64,000 nt of DNA from positions 1,184,001-1,248,000 of the forward strand of contig OZ245742.1 of the NCBI GenBank assembly GCA_965227295.1, given 5' to 3'. Under the pieces are notes generated by a model. It did no database searches. It was given only the letters and a program-made list of their open reading frames with translations, and was not told the DNA's origin. Shown in pieces: positions 37,651-47,532 of the stretch. Made by a program: the position numbers and the translations under genes. This DNA is from Leptonemataceae bacterium. Lineage in GTDB: Bacteria; Spirochaetota; Leptospiria; Leptospirales; Leptonemataceae. The number at the start of each line of letters is the position of its first letter. Position 1 is the stretch's first letter.

Positions 37651-38622
37651 ATGAATCGTAAGTATTTTATCATCGCATGTTTGACGCTGGTTTTCGGAGC
37701 GTTCTCCATGCTGGTCGGCCAGGATATCCAGGAAGGTCCGGCCGGCGGCGATCAGCAGGAAGACGCAGGCGACACGGCCGATCTCAAGCCGGCCCCCGAG
37801 GGCGGCTATCGTCAGAACAATTACGACCCGCTGGCCCTCATCGACCCGCGGTTTACGGTGAGCCACTTCAACCTGGACCGGCGTTTTTCCGGCAACGGTC
37901 GCGGTGAGTTCCTGGACGTCGTCTTCGACCTCAACAACAGCACCAGCAAACCGGTGCGGCTCTACGTCTGGGTCGTGGCGTTTTACGAAACCGACGCCGT
38001 CAACGAGCGCAAGCGTAACTGGGTTCCGTACCCGGGCTGGCGCGACCGCGACTACCCGGCCGAGGAAAACCTGGTGCATCACATTACGATCACGCCCCAG
38101 GACATTCCGGATGAGATCGTGTGGAACGTGGACGATCCGGACTGGCACAAGCAGACGACGATCATTGAACGCATGCGTAACGGCCTGGCCGGTGACGTTC
38201 CGTACCCGGACGTACATCCGCCGTTCTGGAAATATCTTCAGTTCATTATCATGAATCCGACGAAGGGCCTGGAGTTCACACTCTACGGCGACACGAGCCC
38301 GACTCCGGATAAGATCGTGCAGTCCAACTTCCCGCAACCCACGCCGGAAGAGATCAAGATCGGCCTGCACAAGAACTTGTTCAAACACAAGTATACGCTG
38401 CAACACACACGTCGCAAAACGATTTTCCGGTCGCATCACTACTCCGGCTTTCGCGCGGATTACAAGTTCTTCAATCGTGTGGCGATTCTGGTGTTCGACG
38501 CCGACCGCGCCGACGCCTTTGAAGCCCAGGCCTCGGAAGGCATCGGCGAGGGTGATCAGCCGATTGAAGCCCTCGTGTACAAAAAGGTCTTCGCGTTCGA
38601 AAAACCTCTGAAGAATAACTAA
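37651..38622 (+). CDS. Exported hypothetical protein
   Basis: GAGGA RBS, signal peptide MNRKYFIIACLTLVFGAFSMLVG, strong codon bias. Confidence 0.8.
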   Translation: MNRKYFIIACLTLVFGAFSMLVGQDIQEGPAGGDQQEDAGDTADLKPAPEGGYRQNNYDPLALIDPRFTVSHFNLDRRFSGNGRGEFLDVVFDLNNSTSKPVRLYVWVVAFYETDAVNERKRNWVPYPGWRDRDYPAEENLVHHITITPQDIPDEIVWNVDDPDWHKQTTIIERMRNGLAGDVPYPDVHPPFWKYLQFIIMNPTKGLEFTLYGDTSPTPDKIVQSNFPQPTPEEIKIGLHKNLFKHKYTLQHTRRKTIFRSHHYSGFRADYKFFNRVAILVFDADRADAFEAQASEGIGEGDQPIEALVYKKVFAFEKPLKNN

Positions 38623-38636
38623 TGGCGCCGGCGGAG

Positions 38637-39101
38637 TCAGCTCGCGTCTCTGTTTTTCGGTTCCGGTTTTTGTTTCTGTCGCGACTTGCGGCGTTTTGAT
38701 TTCTGGCCCAGCGTCGGGATTTTCGATAACGCTTCGGTAAGGCTCGGCTTCGGCGTGTGGGCCGCAGGTATGGGCACGGGCATGCCGCGGGCCGGGCCGT
38801 GTTCGCTGCGGAAGACCAGGCCCGGCTGCTCGCCCGCCGCCGATGCAGCCGTGTTTTTTTTCACGTTCACCCGGGCCCGGCGTATTTTTCGATACTGGCC
38901 GAGATCGTACTCCTGTTCCAGCCGCAAGCGCAGAGCCTCGCAGATGCGTTCGATTTGCTCTCGATGCTGGATGCGGCCGATCACATCGAAACCGCCGGCG
39001 GCGTCCAGGCGGTAGTACGCCGTATCCGGTGTGCCCAGGTCCCGCCAGCGTTCCCCGGGCGCCCCGGGCGTGAGATGATCCGTTGCGTGCGTTTTCTTCA
39101 T
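38637..39101 (-). CDS. Hypothetical basic protein
   Basis: 154 aa with a K/R-rich C-terminus; TGnTAAACT extended -10 located 9 nt upstream of the ATG. Confidence 0.55.
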   Translation of the reverse strand: MKKTHATDHLTPGAPGERWRDLGTPDTAYYRLDAAGGFDVIGRIQHREQIERICEALRLRLEQEYDLGQYRKIRRARVNVKKNTAASAAGEQPGLVFRSEHGPARGMPVPIPAAHTPKPSLTEALSKIPTLGQKSKRRKSRQKQKPEPKNRDAS

Positions 39102-39234
39102 AACGCGGCCAGTTTAGCACGGGGGTGTGACATTTTTCGGCGGCCCGAGGCTGCTTTTTGTTCGGGAATTGTTAGAAGCGTCGTTCTGTGCGAAAATCAG
39201 TTGCCGCCCGGCTCGTGACCGGAATTCTGCATGC

Positions 39235-40743
39235 GTGACTCCGTTCCTGAGTTCACAGAAGGACTCGGTAAAAGAACTGAATCGGATCTTCGCGGGGGAG
39301 GCGGTTTGCTTTCGTTTTCCCGGCCTTACCGATGCGCGCTTCAGTTTTATCTCCGGTTTCGTCTATCGATTGCTGGGCCACTACGATCTTGCGTACCTCA
39401 GCGAGATGGTGCTCGTCCTTTTAAAGGAAATCATCTCTAACGCTTCCAAGGCGAACGCGAAGCGAATCTTCTTCAACAGCCGGAACGTTGACGCCGCGGA
39501 CGCCGCAACCTACGATAAAGCCATTCGCAGCTTTTCCCAGGAAGTCCTGCGCGATTGGGACGAGTTCCTCAAAGATAATCAGACCTCGGATTATTACATC
39601 GAAGTCGAGATTGCCGAGGAAGGTCCTGAGCTTGTTTTTCGTATTCGTAACAACGTCGAGATCCTGCCCCGGGAATGGGAGCGCATCCGTTCGAAGTTCG
39701 AATCGTTCAAGAAATTCAAAGACATCAACACGGCCTTCACCGAAATCCGTGATGAGAGCGAGGGCGCCGGCCTGGGCATATTCTTGATCTTGAGCCTCCT
39801 GGAAAACGTGCGGGTCTCCGCGGATAACTATCGCATTGAGTCGAAGGACGGCGTGACCATGAACGAGGTGCGTATCCCGCGTGCGCTTTCGTCCACGGCC
39901 TTCCAGGGGGATTTCTACAAGAAGGTTGTCAAAGAAATCGAAGACTTACCGTCGTTCCCGGAGAATATTACACAGCTCCTGGATCTCTGCGACTCGGACA
40001 ACGCCTCGGTGTCCGTCATTGCCGCGCAGATCAGCAAGGACCCGTCGCTCACCGCCCAGATTCTTAAGCTGGTCAATTCTGCCGGTTACATGAACCGTTT
40101 TCGGAATCCCGGCCTCGAAGATGCCGTAAAAATCATCGGGCTAAAAGTTATTAGAAACCTGTTAATGGTCAGCGGGGCGCGGAACGTTATCCATCGTCGC
40201 TATCGCATTCGCGATCTGGAGCAGATCTGGGAGGATGCAAACCGTGTTTCGTTTTATGCGCGGCGCCTCGCAAAGGATCGCGGCGGGGCTCAGCTCGCGG
40301 AGCAGGTCACCGTGGCCGGGCTGTTATTCGAGCTGGGCAAAATCGTCATGCTGTCGTTGCGGCCGGAAATCGTGCGCAGCATTCAGAAGCTCGTCGGCGC
40401 GAAGCGCGTGCGCAACTCCGCGGCCCTGGAAGAGACGATGCTGGGCATTTCGCATCCGGCCATCGGCGCGTTTATGGCCGGACACTGGAATTTTCCGGAG
40501 CCCCTCGTCGCCGCTATTCGCTACCAGCAAATGCCGCTCCTGGCCCCGGAGGAACACGCCGATCCCGTGCGCGTCATCTACGTGGCCGCGGGTCTGCACC
40601 AGGCCGCCGCCGACCAACTGGACTACTGGAGCATGGAACCCGAGGTCATTGCGGAGTTCGGCATTCATACCGAAGAGCAGTTCCTGACGCGGATGAAACA
40701 GTTCGCCGCGGACTACGAAAGCTCGTCCGGCGAGGTGATCTAG
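39235..40743 (+). CDS. Atypical HATPase-like domain + HDOD domain signalling protein
   Basis: KEIISNASKAN...EGAGLGI (N and G boxes), then LPSFP...DPSLTAQILKLVNSA (HDOD). Start uncertain (ORF open to 39127). Confidence 0.85.
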   Translation: MTPFLSSQKDSVKELNRIFAGEAVCFRFPGLTDARFSFISGFVYRLLGHYDLAYLSEMVLVLLKEIISNASKANAKRIFFNSRNVDAADAATYDKAIRSFSQEVLRDWDEFLKDNQTSDYYIEVEIAEEGPELVFRIRNNVEILPREWERIRSKFESFKKFKDINTAFTEIRDESEGAGLGIFLILSLLENVRVSADNYRIESKDGVTMNEVRIPRALSSTAFQGDFYKKVVKEIEDLPSFPENITQLLDLCDSDNASVSVIAAQISKDPSLTAQILKLVNSAGYMNRFRNPGLEDAVKIIGLKVIRNLLMVSGARNVIHRRYRIRDLEQIWEDANRVSFYARRLAKDRGGAQLAEQVTVAGLLFELGKIVMLSLRPEIVRSIQKLVGAKRVRNSAALEETMLGISHPAIGAFMAGHWNFPEPLVAAIRYQQMPLLAPEEHADPVRVIYVAAGLHQAAADQLDYWSMEPEVIAEFGIHTEEQFLTRMKQFAADYESSSGEVI

Positions 40744-40761
40744 ATTTCGTACACTGTACGT

Positions 40762-41538
40762 TTGGAAGATCTCGTCTTTGTCCGCGACGGGGAGCAAATC
40801 CTGCGCGGGCTCTCCTGGGAGGGACGTCGGGACGAGCATTGGGTCATTCTCGGCCCGAACGGTTCCGGCAAGTCCACGGTGGCTGCCATGATCTGCGGTT
40901 ACGAATGGCCCACGCGGGGGCGTGTCAGTGTTCTCGGCGAGACCTACGGCAACGTCGATCTGCGCAAGATGCGCGAACGCATCGGTTTTTTTCAGCCGGC
41001 GCTTCAGGCTCAACTGGACGTCTTTCATCCCGGGGCCACGGCACTCGATGTCGTGCTGACCGGCTACGACGGCAGCCTCGCCCGCTACCGGGACTACCCG
41101 CCCGGAGTAGAGGAGCGGGCCCGGGCACTCTTCGCGGCGCACTTTGACACGCAGTCTTTTGCTCCGGAGCGGGAGTTTCGCAAATTGTCCAGCGGGGAAC
41201 GGCGCAAGGTGTTGTTGCTGCGTTTGTTCTTAAGTGATCCGGAGTTGATCTTACTGGATGAACCTTACGAATCCCTGGATATCCCGTCGCGGGCCGCGCT
41301 GGAGCGCATGCTGAACACACACGTTCGTGCTTACGGCGTGCCGGTGCTTACGATTCTGCATCGCATTGAAGAGATTCCCGTTTTTGCGACGCACGTCGCC
41401 ATGATCAAGGACGGAGCGGTTGCCGCGGCCGGTGAGATTGAAAGTACGCTGACGGCCGAAAAGTTGTCGGCACTCTATGACGTTCCGTTGAAACTCGGTC
41501 GCGACGCCGGCCGGTACTACTGCGTCGTGCTCTCGTAA
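40762..41538 (+). CDS. ABC ATPase (ModF/YlmA-like)
   Basis: HWVILGPNGSGKST, LSSGE, LLDEP, H-loop. Possible ATT start at 40744. Confidence 0.9.
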   Translation: MEDLVFVRDGEQILRGLSWEGRRDEHWVILGPNGSGKSTVAAMICGYEWPTRGRVSVLGETYGNVDLRKMRERIGFFQPALQAQLDVFHPGATALDVVLTGYDGSLARYRDYPPGVEERARALFAAHFDTQSFAPEREFRKLSSGERRKVLLLRLFLSDPELILLDEPYESLDIPSRAALERMLNTHVRAYGVPVLTILHRIEEIPVFATHVAMIKDGAVAAAGEIESTLTAEKLSALYDVPLKLGRDAGRYYCVVLS

Positions 41539-41539
41539 T

Positions 41540-43447
41540 ATGGACCCCGATCTCCTGCGCGAACAACTGGAACTCCTCGGCGCGTCGGAGTTGCTGGATG
41601 AATTCAATGCGGCCCTGACTCAAGACGGCACGGTATCCGCAGCTCCGTCGAAGTCCGGACCGCCGACGTTGATATGGGACGGGCGTTACCTGCATTCCCG
41701 TCACGATCCCGTTAAAGAAGCGCGTCGCAACATTGACGAGGTGGAACTGGACAACGACACGCAGCTCGTGCTTTTTTTCGGAGCCGGCCTCGGCTACTCC
41801 GTGCTGAACTTCTGCGAACGTTACGCGAATCCCCTGGTCTGGTTCGAGCCGCATGCATCGGTGGCGGCGCACGCTCTGGGCTCCGCGGATGTGCGCGACT
41901 TGATTCGCTCCAGGCGGCTTTCGTTCGTTACGGGCATGCCTGAGGACGATCTTTTAACTCAGATTTTCCAGGGACGGGGGAACCGCGACATTGTCTTTGT
42001 GATGCATCGGGCATCGTTCCAACTGGATGACGCATATCGACAACTGCGCGAGAGCGCGGAAAACTTTCTGAATAAGAAAGATGTAAACCTGGCGACGCTC
42101 AGTCGTTTCGATCGCAGTTGGGCGCGAAATCTCGCCGCGAACTTCGTGCATCTGAGTCGCGGGCGGCCGGTGCGGCGCATCTTTGATTTGGCGCGACAGG
42201 CCGACGTGCCCGCCCTGGTCTGTGGCGCCGGGCCTTCTCTGGCAGACGATCTGGATTCCATTCGCGCGTTCCAGGGGAAGGGCGTAATCATTGCCGTGGA
42301 TACCGCGTTGAACGTACTGCTGCACGGCGGGGTGGATCCGGACATCATCGTCACCGTGGATCCACAGGCGGTGAATCGTTTTTATCTGGAAGGTTATTTT
42401 GATTCCAGGCTAACTTCTGATCGCCGCGCATTTGTGCTTGCGGATCCGACTACGAGTTACCTGACGTTGCGCATGATACCGCCGGAGCGTTTATTGTACG
42501 CCTGGACGCCGTTCCCGTTGGCAAAGTTGCTGTTCGATCACCTGCGCGAGGATGTCGGCGAGATTGCCTTCGGCGGGTCGGTCTCGACGAACGCTTATGA
42601 TCTGGCTTTGAAACTGGGCTGTCGGCGTATCTTTCTCACGGGCCAGGACCTATCGTTTACGGGCGGCCAGGCCCATACGAAAGGCGCCGTGCTCGAAGAG
42701 CGGTTGAATCTCAAAGAAGAGCGTACTTTTCGCCGGGAGATGCACAACTATCGTCAGTTTGCGGCGCTGCCCGTGCGCACGCTGCCGGCTCTGCTCGATG
42801 ACGGCGAGCGCGGCGAGGCCCCGGCCAACGATCGGCTGGTGATTTTTTATCGTTGGTTTCAGCGGCGCTTTGCCGCGGACATTTCCGGCGGGCGCGTGGA
42901 CGAGCTGGTGAACGCGACGTCCCGGGGCGCCCTCTTTGACGTGGAGGGACTGAGCCGACGCAGCCTGGGCGACGTGGTGCAAACTTTACCGGATCGTAAG
43001 TTTGACCTGCGCGAGATTTTGCACGATGCGCCGCCCGCCGCCTTCGATGTTGCTGAATTTCAAAAACGCCTGGCCCTGCTCGGCGAGGATTTTTACGGTT
43101 ACGCCGAACTGCTACGCGAGGCCGAGGCGCTTGCGCAGCGCGTCTACGACCTGGCGCGGCGCGGGGACCACGGCGCAGAGTACCGCAAAGGCCTCGAACA
43201 ACTGGACGACCTGGACGAACGCGTCCGATCGTACGGCGACATGGCGGACGTAGCCGGCGGTTCGATCCAGCGCATCATCCTGCGCATTACTGAAAATTTT
43301 CGCAACGACCTGGATGCCGAGGATGCCGCTGATCCGCACCGTGCGGCGGCGAAGCAGTCGCTGTTGTTGTACAGCGGCCTGCGTGAAGCGGCGGAGGATC
43401 ACGGGCGGTGGTTGAGCAAATCGGCGCAAATTCTGCGCGACGGTTGA
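41540..43447 (+). CDS. Motility-associated factor (Maf / DUF115) glycosyltransferase-family protein
   Basis: YLHSRHDP..EA, FGAGLGY, GAGPSL, AVDTA, PDIIVTVD, GGSVS, GQDLSF, VNAT. Confidence 0.88.
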   Translation: MDPDLLREQLELLGASELLDEFNAALTQDGTVSAAPSKSGPPTLIWDGRYLHSRHDPVKEARRNIDEVELDNDTQLVLFFGAGLGYSVLNFCERYANPLVWFEPHASVAAHALGSADVRDLIRSRRLSFVTGMPEDDLLTQIFQGRGNRDIVFVMHRASFQLDDAYRQLRESAENFLNKKDVNLATLSRFDRSWARNLAANFVHLSRGRPVRRIFDLARQADVPALVCGAGPSLADDLDSIRAFQGKGVIIAVDTALNVLLHGGVDPDIIVTVDPQAVNRFYLEGYFDSRLTSDRRAFVLADPTTSYLTLRMIPPERLLYAWTPFPLAKLLFDHLREDVGEIAFGGSVSTNAYDLALKLGCRRIFLTGQDLSFTGGQAHTKGAVLEERLNLKEERTFRREMHNYRQFAALPVRTLPALLDDGERGEAPANDRLVIFYRWFQRRFAADISGGRVDELVNATSRGALFDVEGLSRRSLGDVVQTLPDRKFDLREILHDAPPAAFDVAEFQKRLALLGEDFYGYAELLREAEALAQRVYDLARRGDHGAEYRKGLEQLDDLDERVRSYGDMADVAGGSIQRIILRITENFRNDLDAEDAADPHRAAAKQSLLLYSGLREAAEDHGRWLSKSAQILRDG

Positions 43448-43448
43448 G

Positions 43449-44495
43449 TTACTGCGGCAAGGCGCAGCTAACGATCTCCGGATCAAACACCTGCGACACA
43501 AACAATCGCCCGGCGTACATTAAGGCCGTGGCCGAAGCGTCGATGAGCTTGCCATCGTCAGCGAAAATGCGCTGCGAGCGCCCGGTGAAGGCCTCCACGC
43601 GATACACCTCGGACGGTGAGTGTTTGTTTTCATCCTCGACGTGGTCCAGGAAGGCGAAGATGTCCGGATGCGCCGCGACCAGGAGCCGCGTTTCATCTTC
43701 CCAGATGAGATTGTCCACGCCGCTGCCGATTTCATAAAACGCGGTCTTCGCACCGACGCGTCCCGTAAAGGCGTCGCGCTGGTAGACGTGGATGCCCATG
43801 TCCATGGTGCCGGCAACAAAGAGGCGGTCCTCGGAGGCCTCGACGCCGTTCGCGAAGGAGATATCGGCGGCGGCGACCCGCCAGAGATTTTCGGCGGGAC
43901 TGTAGTGGACCACATTCCCGCAGCCGAAGGCGAAGTAATCGCACAAGGCGCCGCTCAGTCCGGTTTGAAGACGATCGTTGCTGATGTAGAGTGTTCCGTC
44001 CGGCAGAGCGAGCAGATCGTTCGGACTCACGAGCAACGTGCTGCGCAGGCGTCGGAGAAAGACGAGTTCATCGCGCCGCACGCCGTAGACTTCAATGCTG
44101 TGACTCTGTTGTAGCGCGTGATTGATGACGTAGAGGAGCAAGCCCTCGGTGCTCTCGACGAGATCAAAACCGTGCGGATGGAATGGATAGTCGTCGCGGT
44201 TCACAAACGTAAACGCTTCCGGAGTTTCGAACTCACCGTTGCGCGACAGCGGCACGGCGTAAATGGTTCCGGGCTCGAGAAATTCGCCGTTGGGATCGGT
44301 GCGCCGTCGTTCCTGAGATGAAACGATGAGCCGCGGCCGGCGACCGCCGTACGTGACATCGTCCAGGACAAAGTCCTCCGGGCCGGGCACGCCCTGCACC
44401 GTGCGGCAGTCCGGTAGATCGATGGGCTGGAACGTGCTGCAGGCGGTTAAGATCATAGAAAGAAATGTTAGTGTAGTGAGGCTGATGTGCTTCAT
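43449..44495 (-). CDS. Paraoxonase/arylesterase-like six-bladed beta-propeller lipoprotein
   Basis: Lipobox ILTAC; GPED, PHG, INH, PND, FANG, VDN, AHP, SPSEV. Confidence 0.85.
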   Translation of the reverse strand: MKHISLTTLTFLSMILTACSTFQPIDLPDCRTVQGVPGPEDFVLDDVTYGGRRPRLIVSSQERRRTDPNGEFLEPGTIYAVPLSRNGEFETPEAFTFVNRDDYPFHPHGFDLVESTEGLLLYVINHALQQSHSIEVYGVRRDELVFLRRLRSTLLVSPNDLLALPDGTLYISNDRLQTGLSGALCDYFAFGCGNVVHYSPAENLWRVAAADISFANGVEASEDRLFVAGTMDMGIHVYQRDAFTGRVGAKTAFYEIGSGVDNLIWEDETRLLVAAHPDIFAFLDHVEDENKHSPSEVYRVEAFTGRSQRIFADDGKLIDASATALMYAGRLFVSQVFDPEIVSCALPQ

Positions 44496-44512
44496 GTTGT
44501 AGTGCTGTACGA

Positions 44513-45475
44513 TCAGGCGGTGCCGTTGCGCGCCTGAAGCCACGCCTGGTCCGGCACGGCGGTGAGTTTCCAGTGGGGATTACCGGACTTCGAGGGCGAC
44601 GGTTCGTACTCAAAGGCGTTGTAGTACGATGCCCAGAAATCGGCCAGGCGCTCTTCGAGAACGGGGCTTTGCCGGCCCTGCTCAATTACCTGGAGACTGA
44701 GATCCATTTGATCGGCGAGCTCGTCAATGATCTCGTGATGCGGGTAAACCAGGTTTACACAAACCGTGCCGTAGTCCACGGCAAAGGGGCGGAATACCCG
44801 GGGGGCCTTCCATTCGGCACCGAAGCCCATCTGCTCGGTAATGATGGTTTCCGCCTCGGAGAAATCGGCCTCGTCGAACATGGCGGTGGTGTGATACAAT
44901 CGGCTGGTTTCCTGGATGCCGTGGCTTTCGCCGGCGCTTTTCGTGGCCTGCTTGAGGATCGTGTTCATGACCGGCCGCGCGGAGAAGTCGCAGATCTTTC
45001 CCTGTTTGCGTTCGATGTTTTGCACCGGCAACAACCGGGCCTGAAAGTAAATGCGATCCGTACGAATCGAAGGCGAAAATCCCGGGCGATCTTTCTCAAC
45101 GTACTCGTGGGCCTCGGCGCCGCCGAAGTACTTCGCCGCAACGCGCAGAATGTAAAGATACGTTCCGTTTTTGGTATCGATGCTGCGTACACAGTGCAAC
45201 TGCGTCGGATCTTTGCGCGGCCGGGCCTCCGGCAGAACATCGCAGCCCGCTGTGAACGCCGGAACCAAATCTTTCAAAACTTCCGCGACATGCTGCGCCT
45301 GGGAAAATTCCAGGCCGTAGACGTTGATGCCGGGCAACGTGAACTCCCGCGCGAACTGAACGTACGGATGCCGAAAGGTATCGATCTTCAGCGTGAGCGT
45401 GTCGTCCACGCCGGGTGATGCCGATGTGTCGTACTCGAAGAGTTTGGCCACCCGGGCGGCTTCGGCGATTTCCAT
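44513..45475 (-). CDS. Hypothetical protein
   Basis: 320 aa ORF co-oriented in the ccm operon; no motif recognised with confidence. Confidence 0.75.
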   Translation of the reverse strand: MEIAEAARVAKLFEYDTSASPGVDDTLTLKIDTFRHPYVQFAREFTLPGINVYGLEFSQAQHVAEVLKDLVPAFTAGCDVLPEARPRKDPTQLHCVRSIDTKNGTYLYILRVAAKYFGGAEAHEYVEKDRPGFSPSIRTDRIYFQARLLPVQNIERKQGKICDFSARPVMNTILKQATKSAGESHGIQETSRLYHTTAMFDEADFSEAETIITEQMGFGAEWKAPRVFRPFAVDYGTVCVNLVYPHHEIIDELADQMDLSLQVIEQGRQSPVLEERLADFWASYYNAFEYEPSPSKSGNPHWKLTAVPDQAWLQARNGTA

Positions 45476-45519
45476 AGGCGCTGTAGCGTACCCTCGCGGC
45501 CTGTTCCTGGCAATCGATT

Positions 45520-45981
45520 TTACTCGCCGCGATACACAGACGGGCCGTCGCTGCCGCCGTTCGTTTGTGCGGACAGGAGGCGTTGTAGCGATTTCAGCGT
45601 GCGACGTTGATCCAGCAGAACAAAGATCAGGAATGCCGTAAAGAGACCGGCCGTGATGATGAGTACTGCCAGCAAAGCCTGGAGCCGTTCCTGGGCCTGG
45701 GCGTCGGCGCGCAGGGTTTCCAGGTGTTCGATGACGTAAGCGGCGCGGCGGATGTCCGGATTCCGGTTTTCGGTGACGTTGAGCACCGTGGAGAGCAGGT
45801 TCTTCGCTTCTTCGGCGTTCAGCGTGGCGATGTAGTCCTTTGCGGCGTCGCCGTCCATGGCGAGCACCTTCCGGGCTTCTTCCAGGGCGGCCTCGCGGGC
45901 GTCGGTGTTCTGGGCCAGGATCGGCAGCGCGAGCGTGGCCTGCAAGATTACAATGACTAACAGTTTGTAGAAGTAATTCAC
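45520..45981 (-). CDS. Exported, C-terminally anchored protein at the ccmD position
   Basis: Signal peptide, helical domain, TM, then DQRRTLKSLQRL; immediately follows ccmC. Confidence 0.65.
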   Translation of the reverse strand: MNYFYKLLVIVILQATLALPILAQNTDAREAALEEARKVLAMDGDAAKDYIATLNAEEAKNLLSTVLNVTENRNPDIRRAAYVIEHLETLRADAQAQERLQALLAVLIITAGLFTAFLIFVLLDQRRTLKSLQRLLSAQTNGGSDGPSVYRGE

Positions 45982-45989
45982 GATATGCC

Positions 45990-46694
45990 TCAGTTGCGTT
46001 CCGCCTGCGCGCGCAGGAGCACTCTCTTAAAATATTCCTGGCGGACCGAGAGGCGCAGCAACACCCAGAAGAAAAAGTGATATCCCAGGACCGAGAGCCA
46101 GAATGTGGTCCGGATTTTCGGGGACATGGTGCCCAATACGGACGGCGGATGCAGGTCCGGCTTTGTAACGCGGATGGCGTACCAGGTAAGCACCGCTGCG
46201 ACGGAAGCCAGGATGGCCATGACCGCGCCGAAGGACGCCTGCTTACGGGGATCGTCCGTGAACCAGCGGACCAGGAAGTATCCGGCCAGCGTCAGGAGCA
46301 ATACGAAGAAGCTCATGAGCCGTTCATCGGTCCAGCGCCAGTAGGTTCCCCATTCGACCTGGCCCCACAGCATACCCGACGGCAGTACTCCCAGGGCGAA
46401 CAGGAATCCCAAACGTGCGTTCGCGAGAGACCAGACGTCGTAGCGTTCGTTGCGCGTGAAAAGATATAACAGGCCCGTTACCGCGGAGAAGAGCGGCGCG
46501 TACAACGCGACCCAGGCGATGGGCACGTGGATGTACATGATGCGCTGGGCCTGGCCCTGTGAGACGAGCGTCGGCGGATAGGTGAGTGCCAGTACGGTAA
46601 TCGGCAGGATCACCAACGCGAAGAGCAGGAACAGAACCTCGCGGGAGATTCCGGTGCCGAGTTTCGCGATTACGTTTTCGATGGTTCGTTGCAT
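45990..46694 (-). CDS. ccmC: Heme exporter / cytochrome c maturation protein CcmC
   Basis: RIMYIHVP.AW, WG...WGTYWRWTDER (WWD domain), LHP. Confidence 0.92.
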   Translation of the reverse strand: MQRTIENVIAKLGTGISREVLFLLFALVILPITVLALTYPPTLVSQGQAQRIMYIHVPIAWVALYAPLFSAVTGLLYLFTRNERYDVWSLANARLGFLFALGVLPSGMLWGQVEWGTYWRWTDERLMSFFVLLLTLAGYFLVRWFTDDPRKQASFGAVMAILASVAAVLTWYAIRVTKPDLHPPSVLGTMSPKIRTTFWLSVLGYHFFFWVLLRLSVRQEYFKRVLLRAQAERN

Positions 46695-46697
46695 CGG

Positions 46698-47417
46698 TTA
46701 TTCGTCCGCCGCCATGACGTAGTACAGGAGCGAACCGAGACCACAGTAGAGTCCGGCCGGCGCAAGTAAAGTAAGGATTGCGGGGATCGTCAGCATTGCG
46801 CCCTGGCCGCCGTCGCGGGCATCGGCCAGAAAGGCCGTGGTGAGGATGAACACGGGCAACGACGCCGGCAAGAGGAGCAACGGGAACAGGATTTCCTTCA
46901 TGCGACTGCCGCGAGAGATGTACGCCAGCATCACGCCCAGGGCCGCCAGCGAGAGAGACGCCAGGCCGAGTCCAGTGAAGGGCAGCCAGTAGTCGGCGAA
47001 GCGATCGGAAAAGCGGCCGGTCAGAAGCAACTGGTAGGCCGGAATGTAGATCATGAGAAAGAGCAACTGAAATTGCCAGATGGCCAGGACCTTGCCCAGG
47101 TAGTAACCGGAGGGATCGGCCGGATGCATGAGCGCCGCGCGCAGGGCCCCCGCCTCGGTTTCCGTGTGAATGTTGCGGCCGGAGCCGATGGTGGCCGCGA
47201 AAAAAAGCGTGGCGAGCATGACGCCGTGCAGGTTGCCCAAATCGCGGAAGACCGAGTCGTCCATGGCGTAGTGATACAGGGCGGCCAGGGTCAGCGCGAA
47301 CAGCAGCATGGCCGTGAGTCCGGCCGGGCTGCGGAATTCCAGCGCCGTGTCCTTCCAGTAAATGCGCGCCAGGGTGCGAAAAAAACCCGGCGATGGCGAT
47401 GCCGTAGGATCCTGCAT
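46698..47417 (-). CDS. ccmB: Heme exporter permease CcmB
   Basis: WKD..LEFRS, E.EAGAL, LGK, KEILFPLLLLP..LPV; adjacent to ccmC. Confidence 0.9.
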   Translation of the reverse strand: MQDPTASPSPGFFRTLARIYWKDTALEFRSPAGLTAMLLFALTLAALYHYAMDDSVFRDLGNLHGVMLATLFFAATIGSGRNIHTETEAGALRAALMHPADPSGYYLGKVLAIWQFQLLFLMIYIPAYQLLLTGRFSDRFADYWLPFTGLGLASLSLAALGVMLAYISRGSRMKEILFPLLLLPASLPVFILTTAFLADARDGGQGAMLTIPAILTLLAPAGLYCGLGSLLYYVMAADE

Positions 47418-47532
47418 GATTGCGGCAACAGCTCGATGCGTTCCCATCTGGCTGACAAGAAAGATTGGAGCGAGCGCGTGCGACGCCGAAAAAGGCTCGC
47501 CATTCGGGGAATCGATGAATTCTGGCGCCATA

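Noticed and set aside
40762..41538. ABC ATPase as the missing CcmA
   Set aside because: HWVILGPNG and YEWPT are ModF/YlmA-like, and it lies on the opposite strand about 5 kb from ccmB.
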